Shown here one piece after another: positions 38,064 to 47,789 of a stretch of DNA of 64,000 nucleotides (within the stretch, counting starts at the first letter, position 1; each line of letters begins with the position of its first letter). The translations under genes and the position numbers were made by a program. The DNA comes from Glycera tridactyla. Taxonomy: Eukaryota. The stretch covers positions 38,750,001-38,814,000 of the forward strand of contig OZ286463.1 of assembly GCA_965644265.1 (NCBI GenBank). The letters run 5' to 3'. The notes below the pieces were generated by a model. It saw only the letters and a program-made list of their open reading frames with translations, had not been told where the DNA came from and did not search any database.

Positions 38064-40631
38064 TGCACGCACGCATACACACACAGAAGGGAATAGGGTG
38101 TATGCTTGTGGTTGAGCGTAGCCTCCAAACAGAGCACACAGCACACAAATTGTTTTCAGACAGATGGACAGACAGACGGACAGACTGAATCCATTACCCC
38201 CCCCCCCTTTCGGTTCGGGGCATAATAACATTCCGATAGATGACTTGAACTCGTGAAATTCCTGGAATAGTATAGCCGTGAATAGATCGCTCCCCGTACA
38301 CAAGCTGAAGAATGGGGGAGCAAATCTTCTTGTGATGACAAAGGAGCTACGCCTGTACTCGGACACGTGTTGTAAGATGGCAGCTGGCAGTCGACTGTGA
38401 CTGGTTTAGTGATACGCCCGGGATACACGGTATCTTAAGATATACAGGAAACAACCCGTATTCTGTGTGGCCGGCTGGTTCGTTGGTTATTTCGACCTCG
38501 ATTGCATGTTTCAGCCCATGGAGCATATACATCACAGATTTGGGCTTAGGCATCTGACACATTACATGGTCTGTTGCCTGCGCATCATGTCACTGACATG
38601 AAATTGATTTCAAAAATATGTTTGTGTAGATGAGAATGAAGAAATATCAATCAATGAATTGATCAATATGGTGAGCTGTAATCGATGTCCAAGCAATGTC
38701 AAATTGCCAGTCAGCCAGTCAGCCAGCCAGACAGACAGATAGGCAGACAGACAGACAGACAGCTACTTCTTCCTGACAACCTTTCAGGTTCCCCATCATC
38801 TCGAGTTCAGGGTTTGTGTAAGTGATGCCTGAATGGGACAAAACATCTAGCTTTCATTGGTCAGGAACAGGCGGCATAAACGATCCCCTGGGTTGATGCA
38901 TGCCGGTACACCTCATACAAACAAACAAACTTCCACTCATTTACGTAAACGTTTTTGTTTTTGTTTGAGGTTTAACGGCGTGTATCAACCCTATATGAAG
39001 ACATATCGTGTCTGATAATGAACATATACGTTACAACCGTCCATTGACATGTAACCAGCTGAGACGAGTGATGAGTGCCCCAGTTGAAAGGACCACTAAG
39101 CCTCCTGGTGCACTATTTCATGTAAATCATGAACTAAAAGAGAATTATGAAAACTTCAGCACTTTCGAACCTCGATTATTGGTTGGTTGCTGGTTGGTTG
39201 GTCGGTTGGTTTGCTTGGTTGGTTTGCCAGTTTGGTTCGCTGGCTGGTTGGTGTTCAACGGTATGTATCCATGCACATAATGACGTATACAGGGTGTTCG
39301 TGATCTATGAAAGCTATATACTCTGTCCCTGCAGGCACCACTCCCAAACACACTGGGTACAAGATGATGAGGAACTTGAAATGAGGAAGTAGCTGACACT
39401 CCAGAAATATTGATGGCATATTGATATTGAACATGTAACTGGCTGAAAGCTGGCACTCAAGCCTGGTGGTTATGGTTCTGTTTAAGGCGCAGTACTTCAA
39501 ACAAAGAAAAACCTTGTGGAGGAAATTGAACTGAAGGGTGATGGTCACAAATCGCTTCCAGTATTTTTTGGTCCACTTTGATCAGTGGGATAGGGACTCT
39601 GGATCTCCAAAAAGAAGAACTTTGTCTTCTCGGGTGCAGATAAAAAAGAAAGGGGCTTCAAACGAATTTTTACCGGATGAGATGTTTCTCTTTTGTAGGG
39701 ATGACACCAATATAATTGTTTGATTCCAATCAAGGGAATGAAACTCTAGGTTCGTGAGCGTGAGTGCTTTACACCAGTTATAAATAGGTGTGGGGAATAT
39801 GGGGTACTGTGATCGTTGTCACGGCCACAAAATAGTATTCATATCGATCTGCCCTTCTATAGGTTACCATGGGGCGAATAGATACGTCTTCCCCATATGA
39901 GTTCAGGCTCGTTTCTGAAATTAATTATTAATATGAATCATAATGATTCATGCTTGATGTCGATCGAACATACATTCTAATGTTCTAATTCGAATATTCT
40001 CTGTTTCAAATGGTCATCGTTCTCCATTTCTTCAACATTTTTGACACAGTCACATCTTAAATGACCGTCTGGGGATGAAGCAATGAGTCTCCCACCGAAT
40101 TCTTTAAGTGATTCAGAATTTCGATGGGTAGGACAGACAATTCTGCCAACCTGATGACTTCCAGGGAGTCAGCCAAGGAAATCAAAAATGTGTTCACTGT
40201 TTTCGCAGTTGCAGTACATCAAGATCCATCAAGATGCCTGGTTCATTATTTGAAAAACTGTATTTATTCTCGTATTACAAAATCAACCCAATGAAAAGGC
40301 TTTTTCGCAGAAGATGAATAGACAACTACATTGATTTGTGAGCTCATGTTTGATCTTGTTAGGATGGTTGCGTATGGAAGGGTTAACTCACTGAGCGCTT
40401 ACGAACGTCTCGTGCTCGACTATTCTGAGTTCGCCCACTGTCAATTCCCCCACACCCGTATAGTATGCAGGTCAATATCAAGTCATGCGTGACCACTCGT
40501 CTATACGCTGTTGACGACGGGGTGACGATTCTTGAAGTTTTCTACTTACTTGCGTTGCATTCCTGACCGTATGTCCGAAGTGAAGCGGCGAAAAATATAA
40601 CTCCAAATACAAGAACTTTGCTGACAGGCAT
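27124..40631 (-). CDS. Gene A (complete, 7 coding exons, 373 aa): type I membrane protein with signal peptide, SUEL-type lectin domain, CUB-like domain, Ser/Thr stalk, TM helix and 56-aa cytoplasmic tail
   Basis: Exons 40550-40631, 33740-34021, 30978-31210, 30576-30720, 29185-29316, 27623-27701, 27124-27292. All introns are GT-AG, phases 1,1,0,1,1,2 join without stops; 1122 nt = 373 aa + stop. Confidence 0.88.
27623..27701 (-). CDS. Gene A exon 6: transmembrane helix
   Basis: Acceptor GTTACAG, donor AG|GTAAGA; VLLIAMVSISFFIMLVVIFIVCTRLR (hydrophobic run plus basic stop-transfer residues). Confidence 0.9.
28218..28324. mobile_element. Short TA-flanked MITE (same TIR class as the 23358 copy)
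   Basis: TA-CAGTCTAACCTG...CAGGTTTGTTTGACTG-TA; internal CTAAGCAGCCAC direct and inverted repeats. Confidence 0.7.
28760..29172. repeat. Compound GGT/GCT/GAT/GCG triplet repeat in gene A intron 5
   Basis: (GCTGGT)n, (GGT)n and (GCG)n blocks. Confidence 0.9.
29185..29316 (-). CDS. Gene A exon 5: Ser/Thr-rich juxtamembrane stalk
   Basis: Acceptor TTTTGTAG, donor T|GTAAGT; AYSSDGLTLKCGYNQSSLPDLTVTSDVTVSSEASTGEEGMDWR. Confidence 0.85.
29725..29956. repeat. Perfect 116-bp tandem duplication
   Basis: 29725-29840 = 29841-29956 (CTGCCTCAATCTGTGTCAGG...CTATAATGGAA). Confidence 0.92.
30576..30720 (-). CDS. Gene A exon 4: C-terminal half of CUB-like domain
   Basis: Acceptor TCTTTCAG, donor A|GTAAGT; VSDAETTYDFCSGDVEYVFNCTQESTTYNLEYVTSDTDVGSIFVLRLV. 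Confidence 0.85.
30978..31210 (-). CDS. Gene A exon 3: N-terminal half of CUB-like domain
   Basis: Acceptor CACTTTCAG, donor CAG|GTAATA; ...YETAYSCSFTVSPYTEFTMSMLIYTKKGTYDSECDQKIQ resembles the CxWxI...C pattern of divergent CUB domains. Confidence 0.82.
31228..32250. repeat. 31-bp minisatellite (GAGGAGTGGCTGATGTTGTAAGGTTAGGACT) with three ~132-bp higher-order units
   Basis: 31-nt spacing measured at 31751/31782/31813; variant block GTATCGTTAG.ACC.CGGGGTAACTGATCTTGCAAGG recurs at ~31342, 31475, 31607. Confidence 0.92.
33740..34021 (-). CDS. Gene A exon 2: complete SUEL/Gal_Lectin-fold domain
   Basis: Acceptor TTTTTTCAG, donor T|GTGAGT; LSELVYCMDSSDPLTIDC...IKSAIYRNAAAC...SSSC...VQDTCHQQQSC...ASCTGDVDYIDVIYQCEP, 8 Cys with SUEL spacing. 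Confidence 0.9.
34980..35860. repeat. Degenerate ~120-150-bp satellite-like array in gene A intron 1
   Basis: Recurrent GCCACAYCARAYTTGAC and GATTTGGGGGACAAA motifs at ~35045, 35163, 35311, 35450, 35679, 35780. Confidence 0.65.
37985..38230. mobile_element. (CA)n plus HINE/pearl-like element end
   Basis: (GACA)n tract followed by TCCATTACCCCC...TTCGGTTCGGGGCATAATA stem-loop. Confidence 0.4.
38760..39530. mobile_element. Cluster of family R fragments (38760-38930 plus; 38955-38990 and 39240-39530 minus)
   Basis: CAGCTACTT...TGACAACCTTTCAGGTTCCCCATCATC...GATGCATGCCGGT..ACCTCATACAAACAAAC, then TTTGAGGTTTAACGGCGTGTATCAACCC. Confidence 0.7.
40550..40631 (-). CDS. Gene A exon 1: start codon and signal peptide MPVSKVLVFGVIFFAASLRTYGQECNA
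   Basis: AAG-ATG context, hydrophobic core, donor A|GTAAGT (phase 1) matching exon 2; CpG-rich surroundings. Confidence 0.8.
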
Positions 40632-40639
40632 CTTGAGTG

Positions 40640-40896
40640 TTTTAGGTGGTATGAAGTGACCTATGTCCGCAGTTCTGTTGGGATGTGTTATCCCCGTGCG
40701 TAAGTGATCAAACCTCTCCCGAGATCAGGTCGTTCGTTAATCAGTCAACTGTGTCCGCTTTGCCTGAAAGCATCACGCTGAGGCGATTAGACACAGCAGC
40801 ATAGATGGCGTGCTCGTCGGTTTGCCAGTGACTCATTTTAGCCCCGCGATGAGCCAATGTAAGCGGCACGCGGAAATCAATCGCTTATTGTGAAGT
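40640..40896 (-). promoter_or_regulatory. Probable gene A promoter/5' UTR region
   Basis: CpG-rich segment directly upstream of the ATG, with GAGCCAATG (CCAAT box) at 40851-40859; truncated by an N gap. Confidence 0.4.
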
Positions 40897-42388
40897 NNNN
40901 NNNNNNNNNNNNNNNNNNNNNNNNNNNNNNNNNNNNNNNNNNNNNNNNNNNNNNNNNNNNNNNNNNNNNNNNNNNNNNNNNNNNNNNNNNNNNNNNNNNN
41001 NNNNNNNNNNNNNNNNNNNNNNNNNNNNNNNNNNNNNNNNNNNNNNNNNNNNNNNNNNNNNNNNNNNNNNNNNNNNNNNNNNNNNNNNNNNNNNNNNNNN
41101 NNNNNNNNNNNNNNNNNNNNNNNNNNNNNNNNNNNNNNNNNNNNNNNNNNNNNNNNNNNNNNNNNNNNNGTAAATATAATGACTTACAGTCTTGTAATCC
41201 TTAACAATTTCACCCGACTCTACAATTATATTCCTTGGCAGGCCTGTCCAGGTTTGAACTTGGAGTACCCATTCACACCTGGGTGACATGGAGTGATGGA
41301 CTACAGAGATTCCACTCAGTTACCTCCACACACAGGTGTCTCCTTTGTGAGATGGGTAGATCAACTAGTCTGGGTTTGTAGCCAGCTTGGAACCCTGGAA
41401 AAAGTATGGAATTTGGCTTAGAGCTTTTTCATGTCTAGAACAAGCTAAAGGGTCTTGAAAATCCATGTCTTTGTATGAAAAAGTATGGAATCTTCATTCC
41501 TGGCCAATGCACAGGTGAGTAGCATATCATTGCACAGAGTATTCGAAACAATTGCATTACCAATTAATAAGAAAAGACAGGCAAGTCATCATTGAATTTA
41601 GATTGACCAATTATTGCCGCTGATTGCCATCACGCTACCTCAGGTGACACTGCCCCCCCCCCCCCCCCCATTGGCCTGTAAAAATAGAATTTGGGTCTGG
41701 AAAATATAAGGGAAAAGTATGGAATATGATACAACTTACCAAGAGTAAGGGTCGTTGAAAGGGCATCGTACTCACTAGCAAGCATCACATTACACAACAT
41801 TCAACACGACAGTTCTGACTCTGACAAAACAGCTTTCGCCAACATCCTACGTTGATTGGGCCTTCTGTGAGCTGGAATTTTCGGGTCGAACTATTTTCTA
41901 CATGAGGGTTATTGTAGCCAAAGCTGACTTGGCATATATTTAGATGCAAGCAAATGTGTCAGTGATTGCACTTGATGAAATGTGCCCACCCTCATGCCGC
42001 AGGCACCAATGCTGGTTAAGAAGAACTGTTCCAGATGCTCATACAGTGGGTGCTGGTGCTGGCTGCCACCAAACTGCTTGCCATCATACAGTGCTGTCTT
42101 AACAGGCCATGACTTTCATGGTGGGTAGATACTAGCAATGTTTCACTTCGTCGTTTTTTTTTTCCAAATCGTTGTACACAGCATCCAAATTAAGGTTATA
42201 TCTCATCTATATGAAAAAGGTTGTGGTGGTAATTGCCATTTCTGAAAGTTGATTTGGTAACATTTTCAACATTCTAATCAAGGTCAAATCCTTGACATTA
42301 CTAAACAGATATTCGTATATGTCAGTGGATTTAACGTGATCGCCATAACGCCCTCTCATCCACGATGTGGCCATCTCAAGGGCACTGG

Positions 42389-42570
42389 CAAGGTTGCATC
42401 CAGGATTTTCTGAAATGGGGGTATTGGGCCCCTCAAATGCCCCAAAATGGGTTCATTAACATTGCATTGTGCAAACCTTTTGTTGATTCAGGGGGCATTG
42501 TGGCCCATGATTGCATTGAAAAGGACCCACACTCAAAAATGTGTGAAATGCCCCTCTGGATGCAACCCTG
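42389..42570. mobile_element. 182-bp MITE with CA(G/A)GGTTGCATCCAG TIRs and an apparent 6-bp TSD
   Basis: CAAGGTTGCATCCAG / CTGGATGCAACCCTG (one mismatch), CACTGG on both flanks. Confidence 0.75.
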
Positions 42571-43084
42571 CACTGGTCACTCTGTCCAGCCGCGATATGG
42601 CCATCTTAAACGTCTTCAGGTCACAAACGTATGGGCGATACCTGGCTGGAACCGTGTTCGGTTCTATTGTTGGTCGATTTCCATCTCCTCAGCATCACCT
42701 GGGCTATATTGAGTCCCGGTACTGCATCCGAGTGGTGTACGTGTCGCTCAGAATTTAATCAGGTAGATGCCATGATAAGACTCTTGAGATTGAGATTGAA
42801 ATTGAAAAATATCTATTTGCTCTAATGGAGGTGTCAAACAGACCATATCTTTCTCCACTCAAGAAAAAACTCTTAGTCATCACTCGGCATTATGTGGGCG
42901 AGCATTGAGGTCAGAGATTACGTTCTTCTGGACTCGTAACGTAGTCGATCGAGCCACCTCGAATCTCGAATCAGAATGCGGCAGATCCTCTGCTCGTGTA
43001 ACACGACCATGTGGTGGTGGGGGGGGGGGCAATGCTATGTGTACCGAGGATCACGTCCACCACTCCCACTGACCACTCCACTGC

Positions 43085-43920
43085 AAAGCCTCCACTGATC
43101 GCGAATCAAGCCAGTCTTCTGGCAAACCATACATAACCTCTGAAGTGTTGCCATCGGGGATGATGTGGCCTAGGTGTAGCATCATCCCTTCTCTTCTTCT
43201 CAATATCTTTTGGAATGGGGGGTTGAATGAAAACATACCTTCAAAAATTTTCTATCATCTATCTTTAGGCATTTTCTACCAAAATTGCACTATCACCAGA
43301 TTTCTTTTTCTTGACCTCTTTCCTATCCCTCTAAGTTATTTCTTATTTCTTCAGTGAAATGGTCTCAGGTGTAGGTAGCTAATGGTTTGCCTGTAGCAGA
43401 TATTGTCACTATGCAAAACGCGGGTACCAGGCACACCAGTTCTGGGTTACTAGGGCTGCAACTAGGTTTACTAGGTTGTGTGATGGCATTGTACTGCAAG
43501 CATAGGGCAAGCCATGATTGTAAAGCTGGTTTGAAGTTGACAGTTCGTAATTGAAGACATTGTTTGAGTATTCTCCGAACCTAATGCTTTTCCTTGTTTC
43601 AAGTACTGCGCTTTGCGTTAAAAAAAGCATAGCTATCAGGCTTGAGTGTTAGCTTCCAGCCAGTTACATAGTTAGATATGCCATCATCAGGTTCAATATG
43701 TCTTTTTGTAGAGTTAGAGTTGGTAGGGGTGTGTCTGAACCATCAGCTACTTCCACTTGACAACCTTTCAGGGAGTTCCCCATCATCTTGTGTTCAGGGT
43801 TTGTGAGAGTGATGTCTGCAGGGGAGAGACCATCTAGCTTTCATTAACCAGGAACACACGGCATACATAATCCTGTGGGTTGATACATGCCGTTAAGCCT
43901 CAAACAAACAAACAAACAAA
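43085..43920 (+). mobile_element. Retroposon family R, longest copy in sense orientation, with 3' stem-loop and (AAAC)n tail
   Basis: 3' end ACGGCAT-ACATAATCCTGTGGGTTGATAC-ATGCCGT-TAAGCCTC(AAAC)n. Confidence 0.8.
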
Positions 43921-44799
43921 TCAGCCCGATATTGTGCATGGAAAGAAAGACTACCAATAAGTTGTGGTACTGTGGGGTAGATGTTCAATTCTCAATTCGT
44001 GGTTTGCATTGTGTTAACTGATTTCATGGAGTTTCATTACGAATACATTTGGCTGATACGACGACAAAGCCAAGCACCACCATGTACATGATTGCCTGGT
44101 GCATGACTCCCGTCTACTGTCCTCTGGGGATTAGCAACCAAGTTTTTTCTCGACTTAGTAATCATATGTATATCAGTGGTCATTTGTCACTACCCAGACA
44201 GCCGACCACTGAATTCTCATCAGGCTATCATCTCCAGCAAAATTAATTCACCGTGCTTATATATGCAGTTTTGTTCAGTGTACATGGCCAGGTTTTCAGG
44301 TTTTGCCTTGCGAAAACCAAGGACGAACTTGCCTCGCTTGGTGATGCATATTACATATATGTTTTGAGGAATCAAGAGGCAGCATTTTGTTTGATATACA
44401 CACGGTATAGATGCATCGGACATCAGAGGCATCGCCAGTGCTAACATTGACCTTCTAGGATCAATAAAACAATTTTCGTTCCGAGATAGTACACAAAATA
44501 CATGAAGAATGTTCTTGGTTCCAACGAGCATTAGTAAGACATTGCCTAGAGTGGTTTGACACCCATTCCATATCAAGTTTGATCAATGAAAGCCAGATAT
44601 TAAAACTGACATTTTTTCTGGTATACACTATGTCCTGCATCATCTCAGGTTCTTCCTGTGGCAGGCCAGTCTTGAATAGTGACGCGAAATGCAAATCAAT
44701 TTTTCTCACATTTAATGCTCATATTAAACGCATCACCATGCTTCGTCAGAACCTCTCTATACATCGCAAAAGAGATCTCAGCATCACCTAAGTGTGTTC

Positions 44800-45480
44800 C
44801 GAACACCTTAAGCAAAGTGCAGTGCATGAAACAAAGAAATACATTAGGTTTGGGAAATACTCAACCAATGTGTGCAGCTGTCAACTGTCAACTCCAAACC
44901 AGCCTTACAATGATTTGTACCCTATGCTTGCAGTGCGATGCCATCACACTTTCTAAGCCCAAATGAAGCCCTGGTGACCCAAGGCTTGTGTGCCTGGTAC
45001 CAACATTGTGCATGGTGACATTGCTGCTACTGGCAAACCATCGGCTATCTACGCAGGACACTATTTCACAGAAGAATCAAGAATCGCCCAGATGAATAGA
45101 ATAGATATTGAGGAATGGGAACCTGATGATAGAAAATGTCTAAAGATAGATGTTGTGAATTGTTTTCATGCGACCCCACACCAAAAGCTATCGACAAGCA
45201 TGGAAGGGGTGATGCTGCACCGAGGCCGGATCGTTCTCGAGAGCAAAACTCCAAAGTAAAGTCCATGTACCCACCATCATGGAAGTTGATTTGATAATTT
45301 TGAAGGCGTGTTTTTATTCAACCCCCCCCCCCCCCACACACACACACACACACAGCAAAACCTATTGAGAGAAGGAGAAGGATAATGCTACACCCAGGCC
45401 ACATCATCCCAAGTGGCATCATCCCAAATGTCCTACGCCCATCGGTAACTGCCATCTATAGAGAACCTGGACTCCGACCT
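44800..45480 (-). mobile_element. Internal fragments of family R
   Basis: GCAGTGC.TGAAACAAAGAAATACATTAGGTTTGGGAAATACTCAACCAATGTGT...GTGCCTGGTACC; ATGCTACACCCAGGCCACATCATC. Confidence 0.6.
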
Positions 45481-45799
45481 CTACCCAAAGGATGTTTGGT
45501 GAACATTTTCCATGCTAGCCAAACTGAGAGGCCGGATGGTTTCTACTCATCATTGGAACAACCCAAGAATGTGCTTCCGTTACACATAGAGAATGAGTTT
45601 TATTCCACGTTGTTATCAGGGTCATAGAACTTCATGTGTTAGGCCCCACAATTGGTGATGGTCTGGCTGTAGGAACAGTCACCTCTTATGAGATACAAGA
45701 TACAAAACAGCTTTATTGATGCTTTATCCTTCGGAGAACATCAGTTCAAATACAACAGAGAATACACATGCAGATTGGTAGTGGTAGGTGGTGACAACA

Positions 45800-46565
45800 T
45801 CTCCTCATGGTTAAGGCTACTTGCAGATGACAGCCTTTTGTATAGTCACATATCCAGTGAGAGGGACACAATCAAGCCACAAGCAGATTTAGATACCATT
45901 GTAGAATGGTCAAACACCTGGCAGATGCGTTTTAACCCCCCCCCCCCCAAGTGTTCTGTGCTGCAGATCACTCTGTGAAAGACACCTATACCATGATAGG
46001 AACGAGGCTGGCTGCCATCGATCACCACCCCTATCTCGATGTTGAACTGACTAGTGATCTATCTTGGTCCATGCACATTAATACCATCACAAACAAAGCA
46101 AGCAGGGCTCTGAATTTCATCAGCCGTAACCTCAATGGCTACCCCCCAATACATCAAGGAGACGGCGTATCAATCCTTCTTGAGGCCCAATCCAATGAGA
46201 AGAGTACGCACGTGCAGTATGGGACCAGCATCTGATCAAGGACAGAAACGCACTCGACAAAGTTCAACGAAGGGCAGCTCGTTTTGTGCTATCAAACTAT
46301 AATCGAGAAGACAGTGTCACATTGATGCTTGAAATATTGGACTGGCAATCTTTGAGCCAATAACGCTTTGTTGATCAACAAACAATTCTGTGGAAATCTC
46401 TGCGGTCCAAATTCCATCATATGTAGCCCCTAGCAGAACCCAATACAGAAGTGCCCACTCCAATAGTCTTGTGAATATAAGTGCTCGGACTGACTGTTAC
46501 AAATATAGCTTACCCCGCAGAGTACGATGCTGGAATTTACTTCCTGCAGACATAGCGGATGTGTT
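45800..46565 (+). mobile_element. CR1-group LINE RT C-terminal fragment (decayed)
   Basis: RLLADDSLLY...QADLDTIVEWSNTWQMRFN..KCSVL; HPYLDVELTSDLSWSMHINTITNKASRALNFISRNL; KVQRRAARFV; RTDCYKYS..PRRVRCWNLLP. Confidence 0.88.
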
Positions 46566-46567
46566 GT

Positions 46568-46700
46568 GCCCCATCTCGACCAACGGCCCAGGTTAACCCG
46601 GGAAGCTGCGTCACCGGCCCGGGTTAACATAGGCCCGGGTTAACCCGGGCTGCTCCAGGTTAACCCGGGCTGCACTGGGTCGACCTGGGCTGCACTGGGC
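46568..46700. repeat. Array of CCCGGGTTAACCCGGG palindromes
   Basis: Five to six full or partial copies, including perfect 18-mer GCCCGGGTTAACCCGGGC. Confidence 0.85.
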
Positions 46701-46774
46701 CAATGCTACTCATGACGAAATTCATGAATTGATGATGTATGGTAACTTGATTGGGAAATACTGATGGTGTTGTT

Positions 46775-46875
46775 CACAACTTTTATCCAACCGTGGCTTC
46801 ACACCTTTTATCCAACCGTGGCTTCACACCTTTCTTCTAGCCGTGGCATCACAACTTTTTCTTTAGCCATGGCGT
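46775..46875. repeat. 4 x 25-bp tandem repeat (CACAACTTTTATCCAACCGTGGCTT)
   Basis: 25-nt spacing at 46775/46800/46825/46850. Confidence 0.85.
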
Positions 46876-46899
46876 CCATCTAACGTTACTCGCTTCCAT

Positions 46900-46995
46900 C
46901 GTCACATGATGACGACGACAACGACGATGACGATGACGGTGACGACGATGATGACGATATCATTGTGATTATTATTGTTGTGATTATTATTGTTG

Positions 46996-47053
<58 letters not shown>

Positions 47054-47060
47054 CATTATT
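46900..47060. repeat. (GAC/GAT)n(ATT)n microsatellite
   Basis: Direct reading. Confidence 0.95.
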
Positions 47061-47061
47061 A

Positions 47062-47232
47062 ACAACATGTAGTATGCAATATGTTGGTCAAACAACCAAT
47101 ACGATCGCAACCAGGATGACCCAACACACCGCCGATATACGAAATAAAAAAAGACACCATGGTAGCGGTACATTTCAACAAGAACTGCAGCAAGCCCCAT
47201 GAAAAATTTGTAGGACCCGAACATTCGTGAAG
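47062..47232 (+). mobile_element. Penelope-like element GIY-YIG endonuclease fragment (frameshifted)
   Basis: CSMQYVGQTTNTIATRMTQHTADIRNKK then, after a shift in the A run, DTMVAVHFNK matches the PLE GIY-YIG consensus (YVGQT..R..EH....VA.HF). Confidence 0.8.
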
Positions 47233-47260
47233 TTCGGCAATCCTCGGCAATTTCCGCCAT

Positions 47261-47789
47261 TAGTCTGGTTCTCGCCGGTGACGCCAGGTGGCGCTGATGC
47301 GTTATTCGATCGCGCGAAACCTGCCCCTTGAATTTTTCAGTTCAATTATTGTTCTATATATTCTTCTCGATATTTTCACCAGAATTCTACAGGAATCACT
47401 TGCTCGTAGCTCCATTTGTTAGAACTTGTAACTATTATGGCCAATGAGGACTCTCCATTGTGTCGGGTGCATTTCAAGATGGCGTCGTAAACGACTGTCC
47501 CGCAGTCATGAAGCGAATATAGTACTACGGACCCGAGGCCGCCTTTGGCGGCCGTCGACGCCCTTCGGGCGTCTCCGGCCGCCTTCTGCGGCCTCGGGTC
47601 CTACGAACAAGCCCGGACATTCAGCCAAGAACATCAGAACTAGCGGACTGAGACACGCGTCACGGGTGGGCAACGTGCGCCTACGTCAAGAAGAGGCATG
47701 GATACTGTTGCTAGGCACGGAAGAGTCGCTCGGGCTTAACGTCAAGAGCGCGTAAGGGCGACTGCCACGTCGACACAGACGACACGAAG
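47261..47789 (+). promoter_or_regulatory. CpG-rich promoter-like/element-end region upstream of the ZnF ORF
   Basis: CTCF-like ACGCCAGGTGGCGCT (47281-47295), GCCAATGAG (CCAAT at 47441), YY1-like CAAGATGGCG (47475-47484). Confidence 0.45.
47529..47601. other. 73-nt GC-rich hairpin with alternative rod and three-arm cloverleaf folds
   Basis: Perfect 14-bp IR GGACCCGAGGCCGC / GCGGCCTCGGGTCC enclosing GGCCGCC-TTT-GGCGGCC, GACGCCC-TTC-GGGCGTC and GGCCGCC-TTC-TGCGGCC. Confidence 0.92.

Noticed and set aside
38353-38433. Possible 81-nt phase 1-1 cassette exon of gene A (TVYPGRITKPVTVDCQLPSYNTCPST)
   Set aside because: The donor is non-canonical (GC) or weak (GTACAG), and exon 1 already joins exon 2 in frame; needs RNA evidence.
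47520-47528. TAGTACTAC as a CRESS-DNA virus origin nonanucleotide
   Set aside because: One mismatch to TAGTATTAC, it lies beside rather than in the hairpin loop, and no Rep ORF is present; kept only as context for the hairpin finding.
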